Positions 12,871 to 25,796 are shown, numbered from the whole stretch's first letter. The stretch: DNA of 63,998 bases, filler included, from Asterionella formosa (GCA_002256025.1; 5 parts of 5 records of this genome joined end to end with filler, not necessarily neighbours in it); one strand, 5' to 3'. The notes: generated from the sequence alone by a model not told the origin. Translations and numbers: made by a program.

Positions 12871-13183
12871 ACAATTTGCTTCCAACAGCTTGTAGTCGAA
12901 CATCCAGATCAAGGAGGCATTCCACTAGAAAGTTGGCTCGAAGTGGAGTGCACAACTTTGAGGAATACGATTCCCCGTCCATGACATAGACTGGATAACA
13001 CAACGAGGCGTTGTGGATGGCTGCCAAAAGAGCAGGGTTATCCGTCAATCGAAGGCCCTTCCGGAACCAATGCATGGATACTTTCGTTGTTGTAGTTGTT
13101 GTTCTTGTTGTCATTATATCGAGGGCTGTGAGATGCTTAAATAATAAAAGTAGTACCGCAAGGTGAATCAGCAACCTTGTCAT
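12871..13183 (-). CDS. Cryptochrome/(6-4) photolyase family protein, N-terminal fragment cut by scaffold end
   Basis: SMHWFRKGLRLTDNPALLAA...RANFLVECLLDLDVRLQAVGSKL; HWFRKGLRL is typical of the 6-4 photolyase/animal-type cryptochrome clade. Confidence 0.9.
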
Positions 13184-13674
13184 TAGAGAAAACGATAGTC
13201 ATGATAAAGGGTGGAGACCGAAGCCATTTCTGCTGTTGACTCATCATCGCATGTGTTCCGCATGATCATGATATATATATTTGTGTATGAGCAATTCTGA
13301 ACTTGACACATGGATCAGTCCTCGTGACGGATGGAAAACTTGCCCTGGTATGTCGTCTACGGGAACGTCACTTTTCCCTTTACGGGTAGTCGAATTTTTT
13401 AACTTTTCACGACCCCCTTCCTTTGATGGAAAAACCGCCGAAGTTGGTGGTACCTCTAAGGTGGCTTGCGTGCTTTGTTGCAGCAAATTGATAGGTCCAT
13501 TATTGTTGCTCTTGCTAATGATAACAAGCCATACAGCTACTGTTTTAAATCAAGAAGCAGTAGATGAATTGATTTAAGCAACATTTTATTTCAAGTCTAT
13601 ATTTGTTAGTTCATTTTCTACGAATAAATAGAGTGTATCATTTGTCCTCCTAAGGAATAGTGACATCAGAGGAT

Positions 13675-14159
13675 TGTTGGATATGGCTGGCTGGACACCT
13701 CATGGGACAGCAAGAAAATTTGCTTCCAAGTCTATCAACCTGCACCTAACAGCCTCCTTCCCATACAGGCAGCAATCCCGAATCCCTTCAGTCTCTAAAC
13801 ATGATGATGGAACAAAGATACACCCAAGACTAAATTGTTGAAACCACTGTTCGTGTTGCAACACCTCTGTGCCCATCAAGCAACAGATCTGGTGTGAGCG
13901 AAACAGAAACAGGGCGGTAGAAAATACTTGTAGTAAACCAGAGAATTAAAATCGAATGAGCTTTTTCATGGTGCTCTTAATGTGCTAAACGTATTTTTTC
14001 TTGACACAAGTCTTGTTCGTGATTCCGGTGACATCATTCTTCTTCTTTTTGGTCTAACTGTGATCCAGTCGTCATCATTTCCTGATCCTTTTGTCTCATT
14101 GCATAAATCTTTTGATTTGGCATCTGATTTGTTTGTCTTGCCATCTGCTACATCCAACA
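13675..14159 (-). repeat. Probable 3' LTR of the copia relic
   Basis: Minus strand reads GCAGGAGTG then TGTTGGA just downstream of the RNase H region. A matching inverted end TGTTGGAT lies at 13675; alternative TGTTG ends at 13836 and 13854. Confidence 0.5.
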
Positions 14160-15400
14160 CACTCCTGCAATCCTTCATGGCCTAGGGGTAGTCCATGGAC
14201 GGATTGATATTCATGATGGTATTCCGCATTTTTTTAAACACCAGCACCTTGTAGTGCTTTGGTAAAATAATCAGCCACCATCTCTTCAGTGAGGCAGTAC
14301 TTCACGGATACTTCTCCAGATGCTATCCTGTCATTCACGAAAAATTACCGTATGTTAATGTGCCTTGTTTGGCTGCTGCTTGATGCTCGTCCATTATTTT
14401 CCAGAAGCATTGCACTCAATCCTTAACATCATATCCCTGTGCTTCCAGGAAATATCATGTCCACAAAATCTGTGGCACGATATCATTTACACCAACTAGC
14501 TTCATACCTCCACCAAGTGTCGCTCATTGCACCTCCAGTGTGACTTTTCATGTCAGGGTGCACTGCAAAGGATGTGTCTACCCACCACTTGATGACATGG
14601 ACATCTTCAGCTTCCAAAATGAGAGGCATGTATAATGATCCCCGCTGATATTTCATTGTCCGACATAACTTCTTATAGTCATCAGCATCAGGGCATTTTT
14701 CTCTTGTCTGTGCATGGAAATGCTATGGCTGTTTGCAGGTCTGGCTTGCCCTTTTGCATAAAAATAGCAGTTTACGGTATCAGCTCCTCATGATGGATCC
14801 AGGGATGTTTGCGTGTTGTGCCTGTACTGGCTGGTATGGACCCACAATGAATGGTTTTCCCCTTTATGGATCCAACATCTGGTGGTCGAAAGATATGCTC
14901 TGTGGCCACAATATCGTCGCTCCTTAGTGATACTAGGACAGTTGGGTAGTAAGTTGTTCTCGACGATTTTGATAAGAGCTTGAGTACTTGGTCGCCCAAT
15001 GATCTTCTGTATTTTGCGAGCTTATAAGGCCTTGGAATAGTCGTACTGAGAGTATTTAACACGGTTATCTTCTACCGTATTAATTAATGTTGCTCCAATT
15101 TCATTCTCATGATTGTTTATATCCATGCAGTACCGTCCTTCGTCTGATTCATTGATCACTTGCTCAGTTCCATCTGATTTGTGCACATGAAATGCATTAC
15201 CAATCTGACTGTCATATGTAACTCGATATCCCTGTTCCTTCATACGGGTCAATGACAAAATATTTGCGACCCCATTTGCATCATACCTGCTAACAGTTCC
15301 ATATCCAGGGAGTTTGCCAATTAGCCTAGTTGTGACAATTCGCTCCTGCGCTGCAGTGAATTTCTGACTGATTTTGGTGCTTTCGAATGTGAATGAGCAG
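14160..15400 (-). mobile_element. Ty1/copia (CoDi-like) retrotransposon pol relic, internally deleted
   Basis: Minus strand: GKLPGYGTV..DANGVANILSL..GYRVTYDS and DVGSIKGKT (pre-integrase region), then directly LCKRA.PDLQTAIAF...KWWVDTSFAVHPDMKSHTGG...EMVADYFTK (RT end and RNase H). Confidence 0.9.
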
Positions 15401-16189
15401 TTCCTTGTTGTAGAACGTCTGCAAATAAAAACCATCATATTCCTATGATGCATCATAGGATTATGATCATCTGATCATAATTTTTCGTTGTATCATCTAA
15501 TAATTTTGATAAATGCCCTCGTAATTTTAATAGTAACCCTTTTGACTATGGAAATTTAATTATTATATGTATTGTTTCTTTTAGGTTCTTACTTTATCTA
15601 AATTTCTTGGTAGGATAATGTAACAGTTAAAATAAGAATGTGGTTTGTCTCATCATCCTCTCCAGCCCTCACTCTGATTCTTGCAACAACGACAAAGCAG
15701 CCATGTCAAGAGAAACAAGGCAGAGTTTGTGATAAAATCTTCATTTGTCGTTCAAGTCATCATATGTCTTCGATGAATCATCATCTACTACAGTGCACAG
15801 TATGTTCGTACTATGCAATCCGTTAAGAGCTTGAAAAGTAATCCAATGAAAACGAAATGGCTCATCACACAACACGAATATTTCCGGCTGGTCTGTTACC
15901 AGACGAGCATGATTGATCAGTGTCACAACCTCAGTCATAGCTAAACAACATCCATTCTTATAGAACAGCAAAATCTACTTCTCTTTAACCTCGTCGCTCT
16001 AACAAGGACGTAGTATAGCTAGAATTGAAACGCAGCATAGCAGGCGATATGCGCAAAGAAGCATGAGACTGTCTATTTATTGTAACGGAGTGATTCTGGT
16101 TTCGGAAATTTCATGTCTCATCTGATTCCTCTGTCATCGTAGTCGTTCCTTAGCTTTGACAACAGGATGGTATTCTTTGATGTATCTGG

Positions 16190-16430
16190 AATGTTTCAAT
16201 GGATGGCAGCAGTTGGATTTAGACACAAACCTCGACAAAAGCACTACTTTGTAGATGTTCATAAACAGCCAGACACTTGGCTGGGCCTATCGACCACCAG
16301 CCACCAGTCTATGATGCAAAAATGTAAGAAGCACAAGTTGAATGCACATTTATGGATTCAAGTTTCAGTAGAGCAACAATGTAAAATATTAGAAACCGGA
16401 AGTCACATTTCATCTAGCTATACTAATATT
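16190..16430 (+). pseudogene. Fragment of IS630/Tc1-related transposase (same family as 23270-24694)
   Basis: WMAAVGFRHKPRQKHYFVDVHKQPD...WIQV parallels WMHDVGFSYQKRERHYFMDGHERPE...WIQV at ~24060-24200. Confidence 0.65.
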
Positions 16431-17368
16431 GATTGAGAGGAAGCAATGGTAGAATGGCTGCCAAACGGACGGGGGCAAACACAGAGAAGCCTACTAATTT
16501 TTCTCCCCAATGATCCCAGACCCTTCTTGGGTGCCACTTGCTACAGAGAGTGGAGAACAGCCGCCATGATCTGTTGATTGTTGCTGTATGATGCCACTGA
16601 CCAAAACCTCCAGATTTCTCAATGAGTTGCATGTTTCTTGACTTGAATGCAAAAGGGATCAAAACCAGTGGAAAAATCAAATGGGAACTAAAAATGCTCT
16701 GCAAGCATCAGGACAATGTGAAAGAGAAATGAATGTTCTTGAGAGGAGAAATAAAGGGATAATTGCTTCGACTTCACATGCATTAATGCCACTCTTCACG
16801 TAAAAAGATTACTTTTAACGGTTTCATGTGAAGTTTTAACTGTTTCATGTGAAGTTTTCACAATGAATTTTGAACGCGAGACTGAATTAGTTGATGTTTC
16901 AAATAATTCATTTGAAAGCTCAACTAAGATCCTGCTCTTGAGGCTAATTCATTCACGACACGCATTTTACTGAATGAAATAGTAAGGATATTTGTGGTGT
17001 CTAATGTCATCCATCTGAGATCAAAGTTTTACGGTTGTATACATCACATAAAGAACTCACACTTTCCGGTAAAAAAAGCTCCATCTTCCCAGTTTTCATG
17101 AAATGTAGCTTACTATCAGTACTAGGTATTTTTATGTTATTATTATTACTCAAAATCAACACTGGCTGGTGCAGTATATCTACTGACGAGGATGGTAGTA
17201 GTGTTTGCCAAATATGTGCCGAACAAGGTCCATTCCAGTTACCAATCCAGAAACCTAAAGCACATTAGAGACTGATACTGATACTTGCTTGTTAAGCAAA
17301 CTTTAGCTACCGGTTATTCTTATTTTTCTCTCGCCAACACAGCACTGCAAGCAACGACAGCAAATATC

Positions 17369-18646
17369 ATGGATCTGTGTGACAATAACGACGAGGACAA
17401 ATGTCAATTCTGTGGTAAAGGTCCTTTTAAATCAATTCGTGCTTATCACAGACACAGCCCCTTGTGTGGGCAACAATATATGATTCAATCTCAGATTCAA
17501 GCATTGCAGACATCATCAATGGTAGCGACTTCGCCAAGAGACGGACGACACCACTCTCAAGGCCCCCTTGCAAAATTCCTGAAACAATCGCCACCAGCGA
17601 TTGATTTCGTTCAAACAGTTTGTTTTGATGCCGATGACTATGATAATGATTTATTCCTTGATAGTTTAGTAGATCATGATGCTGCTGCTACTAACAGTCC
17701 CATCATTCAGAACGGAGAAATAAACGGCATTGTAAACCCTACCAACTTCCGATTTTGCCAAGAAGATCCAGGTACAGCCTACACACAGAAGGATGTGTAA
17801 AAACGGAGCTACTTAGCATTTTATTTGGCAGTAGGTCACCATTATATCTTTATGATGCAATTATTAAATGGCATGATATCTCTTCTCGAATGGCAGTAAT
17901 GACGATTTTAGAAGCTATTCCTCAACGTCGAAACACATATCTGAAAGATCTGTTTACCCGGTTTGAGATGGAAGACCAAAAGCCATGTGTTAAGGCAGTC
18001 ACCCTCCACTGTGGTAGAAGTGTCGACGTTTTTTGCTTTGATTTTCTTGTTGCAATCAAGAGCTTATTTTCCAATCCCAGATTAATTCATCCCAATAATG
18101 TTTCATTTGATTTTTCGGACCCCTGCAAGGCTCCACAACCGTGTGATGTCTGTTCAGAATTATACACCGGGAGTTGGTGGATTGACGCTCACAACTGCAT
18201 GTGCATTCAACCCAATGATTTTATCGTCCCTCTCATGTTTTTCATTGATAGAACACATACTTTAGAAAATTCTAAATTCACAATGGAGCCAGTTTTGTTT
18301 TCTCTTGGGATTTTCCGTACAACTGTAAGGAACAAAGTCATTGCTTGGCGCCCCCTTGGTCTTATACCAAAACTTGATGGTCAGAGTCTTGCAATGAACA
18401 AAAATATGACTGCCGACGATAAGTGCAAGGATTATCATACAATTTTGGCAATTATTGTCGGGAGTTCAAGAGACTCAGAAATCTGGTGGCTTCAAGTATA
18501 ATTTCAATTTCCATGGCAAACAGCATAGCCTGGTTGTAAAGGTACCGGTCGGGTTGGTGCTTGGCGATGCGGAAGGATTGGACAATCAGTGTGGGAGGAT
18601 TAAATATTACCTGAAAATTTTTCGTCTCTGTTGGGAATGTGATTGA
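17369..18646 (+). mobile_element. Plavaka/CACTA-like transposase relic with N-terminal Zn-finger-like motif
   Basis: CQFCGKGPFKSIRAYHRHSPLC, then frameshifted ELYTGSWWIDAH...IVPLMFFIDRTH...MEPVLFSLG...WRPLGLIP and VPVGLVLGDAEGLDNQCGR; truncated after 18646. Confidence 0.75.
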
Positions 18647-18808
18647 CCTGGGCTTTAAAAACAATTTGGGGCAACTCAGAAATGATGAGACTACCAATTC
18701 ACTCATCAAGACCACATTCGGTTCTAAAACTATACTCTGTCGTGATTGCTATAGGCAAATGACAGGCAAGGTAATGTCATTGATTCCTATGGAGCATTCA
18801 CTGACAAG

Positions 18809-19465
18809 ATGGTGATCTCGAATACATTACTTTCCAACAACATCGACATGTTTTGGAAAACTTTGTCTATGGTCATTCCCGGTTCTGTGCTGCAATCACT
18901 TGTAAGTGACGCAACATATGTCAGGAAGAGTATGCCTCACACCTGTACATTGTTGCACACTGCTGTAAATCACTCTAATGTTCCTCAGGAGCCACATTTT
19001 GACTATCAGCATGCAGAACTGCTGGTAGTCAATGACTTCGAAAAGTGCCTTCCTTGGGGATTGGATATGTCCCTAGGTGTTGGTGGTTTCTCTATAAATG
19101 TCTGGGATGGCGAGTCTTTTGAGTCTAACCTCATTTTAGATTGAAAAGGTAAATGTAAAGCGGAATTCAAGCAAAATGCCATAGAACATGTAAACCAACA
19201 TGCGATGCTTCTTCGCATTCCCTTCAGGTACATCTTCTAAATGCAAGGTGATACGGTTCATAGAGGTGCTATGGACAAGCACCTAACCAATGGTGCATTG
19301 AGACTTCACATGTATTTGTCGCCTGCTTGCACTCCAGAGCAAAACTCAGTTGCTATTTGCAAAAGATTCGGAAATGCCATTAACAAAAAAGCAAATGGTA
19401 CGGAGTGTATCCCTCCATCACTAGTTTCGTTTTTGCTTGATTCATATGGGGAAAGATGGAAGTAA
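18809..19465 (+). pseudogene. 2OG-Fe(II) dioxygenase-like (double-stranded beta-helix) gene with two in-frame stops
   Basis: ORFs 18809 and 19241 share one frame (stops at 19142 and 19238): QEPHFDY (HxD), GDTVHRGA (distal His), LRLHMYL (Arg on last strand). Confidence 0.6.
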
Positions 19466-19568
19466 GAATTTTTATTTACTCATAAATAGTTACTAACAAA
19501 ATGGTTATTTGTTTTTAATCAAGTACAGCCATTTGCAAATAACCGCCGCTGGTGTCGTTTCTTTTGCT

Positions 19569-19790
19569 CCATCGACCAAGTCGGACAGAAGTGTCATGTT
19601 TTTGACAAGTCTCTTCGTTCCAACCACTCCTCATATTCGAAACCGTTTGATTCGTAGTTGTGGCAAGTTTTGTTGCGCAGGAAGTCACAAATAGGCGGGA
19701 GACATCCATCAACCAAGTCGGACAGAAGCGTCATGTCAGTTCTTGTCACATCTCTTCGTTCCAACTCCTCTTATTCGAAACCATTTGATA
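19569..19790 (+). repeat. Direct duplication, ~137-bp period
   Basis: CCATCRACCAAGTCGGACAGAAGYGTCATGT...TCTCTTCGTTCCAAC...TATTCGAAACC.TTTGAT occurs twice. Confidence 0.8.
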
Positions 19791-20015
19791 CGGCGGGATA
19801 CAACCTTCCTCGCTGTTTCCCAAGTCCAATGGTACCACCAGAATGCAGCAAAGTTTTCTTCCCATTCATGATCCTTGGGACTTCGTCATGTTGTGGCGTT
19901 CTACCCCCTGCTCCATAACCACCACTGCCACCCTGTCGCGAGCCGTTGCAACGCACGATAATGGGTGATGCACCAAAATTTTCCGGTATAATAGATTCCA
20001 GCGCTTTGACTTTCA

Positions 20016-20186
20016 CAGCCTCTCTACAGAGCTGCGACAGAAAATAATAGGGAAAAACAAAGTACCACCATAACCGTACATCGCAGCCTCTACAGAGCTG
20101 CGACAGAAAAGATTAGGGAAAACATAGTACTACCATAACCGTACGACAGAAAATAATGGGGAAAACATAGTACCACCATAACCGTA
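20016..20186 (+). repeat. Tandem repeat, three diverged units
   Basis: CGACAGAAAA...GGGAAAA...AGTACYACCATAACCGTA three times; CTCTACAGAGCTG precedes the first two. Confidence 0.8.
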
Positions 20187-20446
20187 GGTGCTACTTAAAG
20201 GTGCTGATAAAAGACGTAGACATACTGCCGGTAGTAACTCGTCAGCCTGGCTAATTATTGCGCCAGTTAAATTCATAAAAGTAATATTATGATAACTACC
20301 GGGTAGGTATGCCATGCATCAACACATCACGAGCATTGATTGTCTCCAATAGTACTTAGAAGTGCTGTCACTAGTAGCAGATCACAATGATTTTGTTGTT
20401 TTAGCAAACTACGTGTTAACTTAACTTTTGCCATGAAACCACCACC

Positions 20447-21601
20447 ATGTGGGCTAATCGACACAATTCTGCATCGTTGTCTGATACAGACTCCATACCA
20501 GACAATCCTGCATCGGATGGATACGACGATTATCAACTTGAGGAATATAATGAATCGGAAGAGAGTGTCAAAGGAGATGGGAGGTTGACGGCTGAACACC
20601 AAGAAAGAGATAAACTCCAAATTCTATTGTCTGAGAGTACACAGGAAATCAAGCGCCTACGTGAATTAGCAGCTGAAAACAACCTTTTAACAATTGGAGT
20701 AGTAGGTGGAATTGGCCGGTGCAAACATTGGACAAACCTTCTGGCTAGCTGGGTCAGAGAGGAATTGTTTCCAAAAGTTAAAATCCTCAGAGGTGATTAT
20801 GATTTGGAAATTAGGGAACCCAACAGCATTGCTGGTGCTGTTTGTTATCATTTCCACTCACTCAGAAATGGTACTGACGAAGAGTTTGAATCATTTTGGT
20901 TCACATATAAGTGTGACATCAACAAAATTATGTCTGGAAAAGGAATGCTGTTTCAACATCAATCAGAAAGGGTTTCAAAAGTAAGTTCTAAATGAGGTGT
21001 CGTGCTTACTGTTGGCTTCCTTTTCCAAACAATACTTAATTATGAAAACAGGAATGGTTGAGGATGGAAAGTTACAGTTCCTTTCCCAGAATACGATTGT
21101 TCAGTCCAGGACAGAACCACCATGTTCAGTCCAGGACAGAACCACCAGCCAGATGTTGGTAAAGTTGAAGAGCATCCCTTCATTATTCTAGTGAATTACA
21201 TTTTTTCTTGGGTAGTGAAGTATGGTGATTATGCTAGCCAAAAACACAAAAAATATGGCCTCCATCATGACTGTATCGGATGAAGCATATGCCTTGCTTG
21301 TCTTAGAAAATAGTTGGGATGTATGAACCCAGAACTATACAACTGGGGATACTGGTCTGGTAATGAAATTGCTGGCAGTGATGGTGGTTCAGGTGTTTTG
21401 GTGAAATGCCTCTATACAAACCATGGAGGAGTTGGCAAACGGTATGGAGGGTGGGAAACAAAGGGTTATGCAAGGTTCAATACAATTTATGATCAAATCG
21501 AGCACCTGCGTGAGTCTGCAAACAGCATTGCTTTGGAGTCTATGTTCATGAATATGCAAAAGAAGGATACAAATGTGACCAAAATGGGAAGTAAGAAATG
21601 A
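20447..21601 (+). pseudogene. Transposon-associated accessory protein relic
   Basis: WVREELFPKVKIL, MTVSDEAYALLVLENSW, YTNHGG..RYGGWETKGYARFN: an SDEA...GW..G..RFN pattern common in repeat-associated hypothetical proteins; frame disrupted, possible intron from GTAAGT at 20981. Confidence 0.55.
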
Positions 21602-22242
21602 ATTGTTATTTTAAACATTAGTATTATTCTCATTTACTAGCTAACACTAATGTAATCATAATTCTAATGCGGGTAAGTTCTCCCACAGCCTCTTCAATTA
21701 GCGATCTTTCGGGCACTTCACGAGCAACTGAAAGAAGCAGCACCCCCTTAAGAAATCCAATTCGTGTTGATGGTTCTTTCCCACGGCCACACAATGTGGC
21801 CTCGCTACCAACAATGGAAGGAAATGTGACACCATCAGAAAATGAACTTAATGGAAAGTCAGGAAGTTCTATTAAAAGCTTATCTAATCGCTCACAAAGT
21901 TAGACTAAAACACCCACTACTTTGAACCAGGTACAAGTTAACTGGAAATCATCGTTGGACAAGGATTTCATGAATTGTAAGCGCCAAGGAATGGCTATTC
22001 TGGTTATGGAAGCCATGACAAAACGTATGGAACGTCATTACCTGACAGTTCCCAAAGAACACCAAGAGATGTTAAAGGCAAACAACAACTATAAAGCATT
22101 CTACCAGATGACTATGGAGGATCTCCATGACAGTGACATTCCTGAGTATAGGCGACTCGATAAAAAAAAGATTCAAGAAATAATTCATCGAGTGCTATGG
22201 GGAGGCGTTGGGTCTGGTACTGAGACATAAATTGTCCCCACA

Positions 22243-22878
22243 AAAGAATACAATTTTTGCACAAAAGTGTCCGAAAATGCACAAAGCGTCAGTCAGGGGA
22301 ATTCATGACTTTTCACACAATGAGATTTTTCTAGTAGTAAAAGGCAAAATGATCTAATCAAGATTCCATACATATTTGAACCATGACAATTAGTGTGTAC
22401 ATGAAACTCAGTACAAAATTGTAAATTGAGGTATTTTCTTGCATTTTGAGATGTTGCACCGCCCTCTCCGAGATTTCTATCGCTCAAGTTTTCTCATCTT
22501 TTTGTACAGAAGATAAAATTAATTATCTAAGAGAAGTTATCAAGCTAGTCACCGCAGAATCAACGATGTCTCGTTTTCATTCGTATTTTCTAAACTGAGA
22601 AAACGACGACGAAAACAAATTCTAGCAGCAATTTCAAATTTTTTTTGTCGTCAGTATTGGTGCAAAAAATTTATCATTGAACGATTACCTCATCTATTTT
22701 AGGCTAGATATACATGCGAATAGTAATGTTTTTTTTGAAATGTTTCGTGGAGATATTCAATCTATCATAGACAAGATAATCGTTCAATAATCGCATTATA
22801 CAAATAGTCGCAAATTCCCCTGACTGATGGATTGTGCATTTTCAGACACTTTTATGCAAAAAATTGCTTGTTTTCTTT
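22243..22878. mobile_element. MITE, ~635 bp with ~60-bp TIRs
   Basis: 22243-22303 matches the reverse complement of 22813-22878 (CAGTCAGGGGAATT / AATTCCCCTGACTG); AT-rich non-coding interior. Confidence 0.8.
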
Positions 22879-23269
22879 CATGAGTCAAAGACATATTGGA
22901 AGCACAGAGCTAACAATGCACCCATCTGTTTAGTATATTGACTTGTTTCAAGGCTTCCATAAGTGAACATGCGCTTCATGAACTCTGCCTACCGGCAGCC
23001 AGAAGAATTGCGGCTATACATGCTCCAGAAAAACTCAATTAAATACTATATAACACAATTTACCTTATCTTCGATGATAAGGGCGGTCAACAAGGTGCTT
23101 CCTCTCATGAGTTCTGCACCCAACATTCTGGAGATTCAAGGTCGCCAACAAGTGCAGCAGGTATACAGGCATTCCTTCCAAAATCGGAAAAAATCGCTAT
23201 TTCTTCTTGGTTACCACCAAATTAAAAGTCGAGCGTTCCTAACCTCCCTTCACAGTTGAAAGTGTCATC

Positions 23270-24694
23270 ATGGGAGTAAGATTGTGTATTGACAAGGATT
23301 TTAACAGGAAGTCAGAGCAAGAACAAGAAATTATAATGGATGTTGTCAACAATGGCAATGCATATGGATTGGAACAACCAAAAAAGCTAAAGAGGAGCAA
23401 TGAATCAGAACCAATTATAATTCTTCGTCTTTTTGAATATCATCAGATGAAAATGGATGCTGATATATGGTGGCATTCTTTGAGAGAATAGATTTTATGG
23501 AGGATATGAACACCCAGTCATTGTGACAACTGAAGAAAGGTTGTGGTATATGGTGATGACTCAAATAATACCTGCTCCTGTTGAGACATATTCACAATTT
23601 GGCACAGCCATGCAACAATGAAGAATTTTGTGGTTAATGTTTCAGGCCACTTTGTAAGTCAGTCGACATGGAAGCAGTCAATGACAAATTCAATACATCA
23701 CATGAATGACATGAGAATTGAATTTACTCTAACTTTGAGATTTTTTCCTGTTAGGGTTTGCAAATTCGCATTGAATAGAACAATATTCAGCAAGCCACCA
23801 AAAGGATGCTAAGCTGTTTTGCTTCTTTCTTGACAACCAGGATGCAATGGAGGCATTCAAGTCACATGGCACCCAGAATATTAAAGATTTTCGGGTTGAA
23901 TAAATGCATGAGTTTATTGAGGATTAACTTATCCCAGATGTAGTTTCAAGGCTTAAGATTGAAGTTGTAAATGGGGTAACTACAACTTTGACAATTTAAG
24001 GTATGGCTGCCTTTTTTATCATCATATGGTCTTCCAACTCTTAGCATTACTGCTATATCTAGATGGATGCATGATGTTGGATTTAGCTACCAAAAACGTG
24101 AGAGGCATTACTTTATGGATGGTCATGAGAGACCTGAAAAAATAGCATACAAGCCTATCTTTACAAACAAATACCTTTCCCTTGATGGATTCAAGTTACA
24201 AATGTAGATTCTAAGCTGTTAGAAGCAATGGTAATATCGCAGAGAATTGTGGCTTTTACTATACCACTGATGATGGCGTTGAGATGGTTGAGTAACAAAT
24301 TGGTGCAAGCTACAAGTTTAAAGACAAGATCGATGAGCTCCTATTTGGAGGCAACCTAGTAAGTGGTGTGAAGAAAGATTAGGAATTTAGACCTCTATAT
24401 TAGCTAATGTTTATTGGACCACAAGAGGATGAGGCTATATATAAACAGTTTCTATTTTTATACAAGACATGGGTTGGTCCTAAAGGAGAGCAGCCACTAC
24501 TTCCAAAGGATGAAGGTACAGGCTTAATGACTTCTGCATTTGTCTGCTGTGCTGGTGAGCATGGGCTACTCCAACAGATACCAATGAATTTCCTTGCTGA
24601 AATAAACCTCTGTTGCCTTGGGAAGAACTATGCAGACAAGGAAGCCTTCGACTTAGACTACAAGTTTGTTTGGAGTGTGATGAATTATGGTTGA
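23270..24694 (+). mobile_element. Decayed IS630/Tc1-mariner-related transposase
   Basis: HYFMDGHERPEKIAY, QEDEAIYKQF..KTWVGPKGEQPLLPKDEGTGLMTSAFV; many stops and frameshifts. Confidence 0.65.
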
Positions 24695-25451
24695 TGGTGT
24701 TGAGTTTCCTGTTGCATCAATCCCTCTACCTACTTCATAGCTGAATATCGTAACAAAGAAATTTCGTTTATACCAAAAAAACGCATACTAGATCTACGAT
24801 GCCTACTATCCAATCGAGACCAAGGGAGCACCCAGCCATATAGTTGAACAGCAAATCAAACCATGGATGCTGACGCAACCGAAGTACTTAACTTATGACC
24901 ATGCCGAACAACCTACATAACGGGATTCATTTAACACTTGAAATAAACAGCATACACATGCATGTGTATACGCGAATCCTTTCCTGCTTCCAGGTCTTGT
25001 AAACAGCAATTACAATTTTTCCGGGTACCTGGTACCAATACTTGATGGTGATGGTACCCGTGGTACCTGGTGTACCATGTACCTTTTACCAGGTTCGAGG
25101 TACTCCTACCAGTATCATCTTCCTAAGATACACATGTCACAGCGCTAACAAAACTGGTTACCGGTACTCAAAGTACCTGGTACCATCCAAGTACATAGAA
25201 AAATCGAAGCAGAAAGTCATAATATACCTGTATATTTATTTTAGATGAAGAATGCGTTGTTTGTAATATAACAAGAAGAATCAGCAGCAGCCATCGTTAT
25301 TTTACTTTGCTGCCGGACAAATGTTAATGTAATAGAAGAATTCATTTGTTTCAAATTCTAATCACACACTTCAATCTTTCGGCACTTTATTGATCATTGT
25401 GCTTTCCACTCGAGACATCCAGGCATCCTAATCAGTTTAGAAAGTTTCATA

Positions 25452-25638
25452 ATGACAAATACGAGACAGGTAGCTTCACAACAGCAGTTAGTGTCACGAG
25501 AACAACAACATCAGCATCAGCAGAATCCAATCCAACGATTTCTGACCAATCGAGCGTCGATGAAGCTGGCACGGAGCAATGCTACCACGATGTCGACGAG
25601 ATCATCATCTGTTGGCTCTTTCGTCTTGGAGGAAACGG
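25452..25638 (+). CDS. Hypothetical protein, 5' fragment cut by scaffold end
   Basis: ATG-initiated Q/S-rich open frame running into the linker; more GC-rich than its flank. Confidence 0.35.
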
Positions 25639-25738
25639 NNNNNNNNNNNNNNNNNNNNNNNNNNNNNNNNNNNNNNNNNNNNTTAATTAATTAANNNNNN
25701 NNNNNNNNNNNNNNNNNNNNNNNNNNNNNNNNNNNNNN
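25639..25738. other. Artificial scaffold linker
   Basis: 44 N + TTAATTAATTAA + 44 N. Confidence 0.97.
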
Positions 25739-25740
25739 TA

Positions 25741-25796
25741 TTCCGCGCCGTTTTCACAACCCTAGTGATGTTTTCTCCAAACTAGGGTTAAGCCGG
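25741..25796 (-). repeat. Transposon terminus-like sequence shared with 39833-39888
   Basis: Reverse complement CCGGCTTAACCCTAGTTTGGAGAAA...CTAGGGTTGT.AAA...GGAA matches 39833-39888. Confidence 0.7.
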
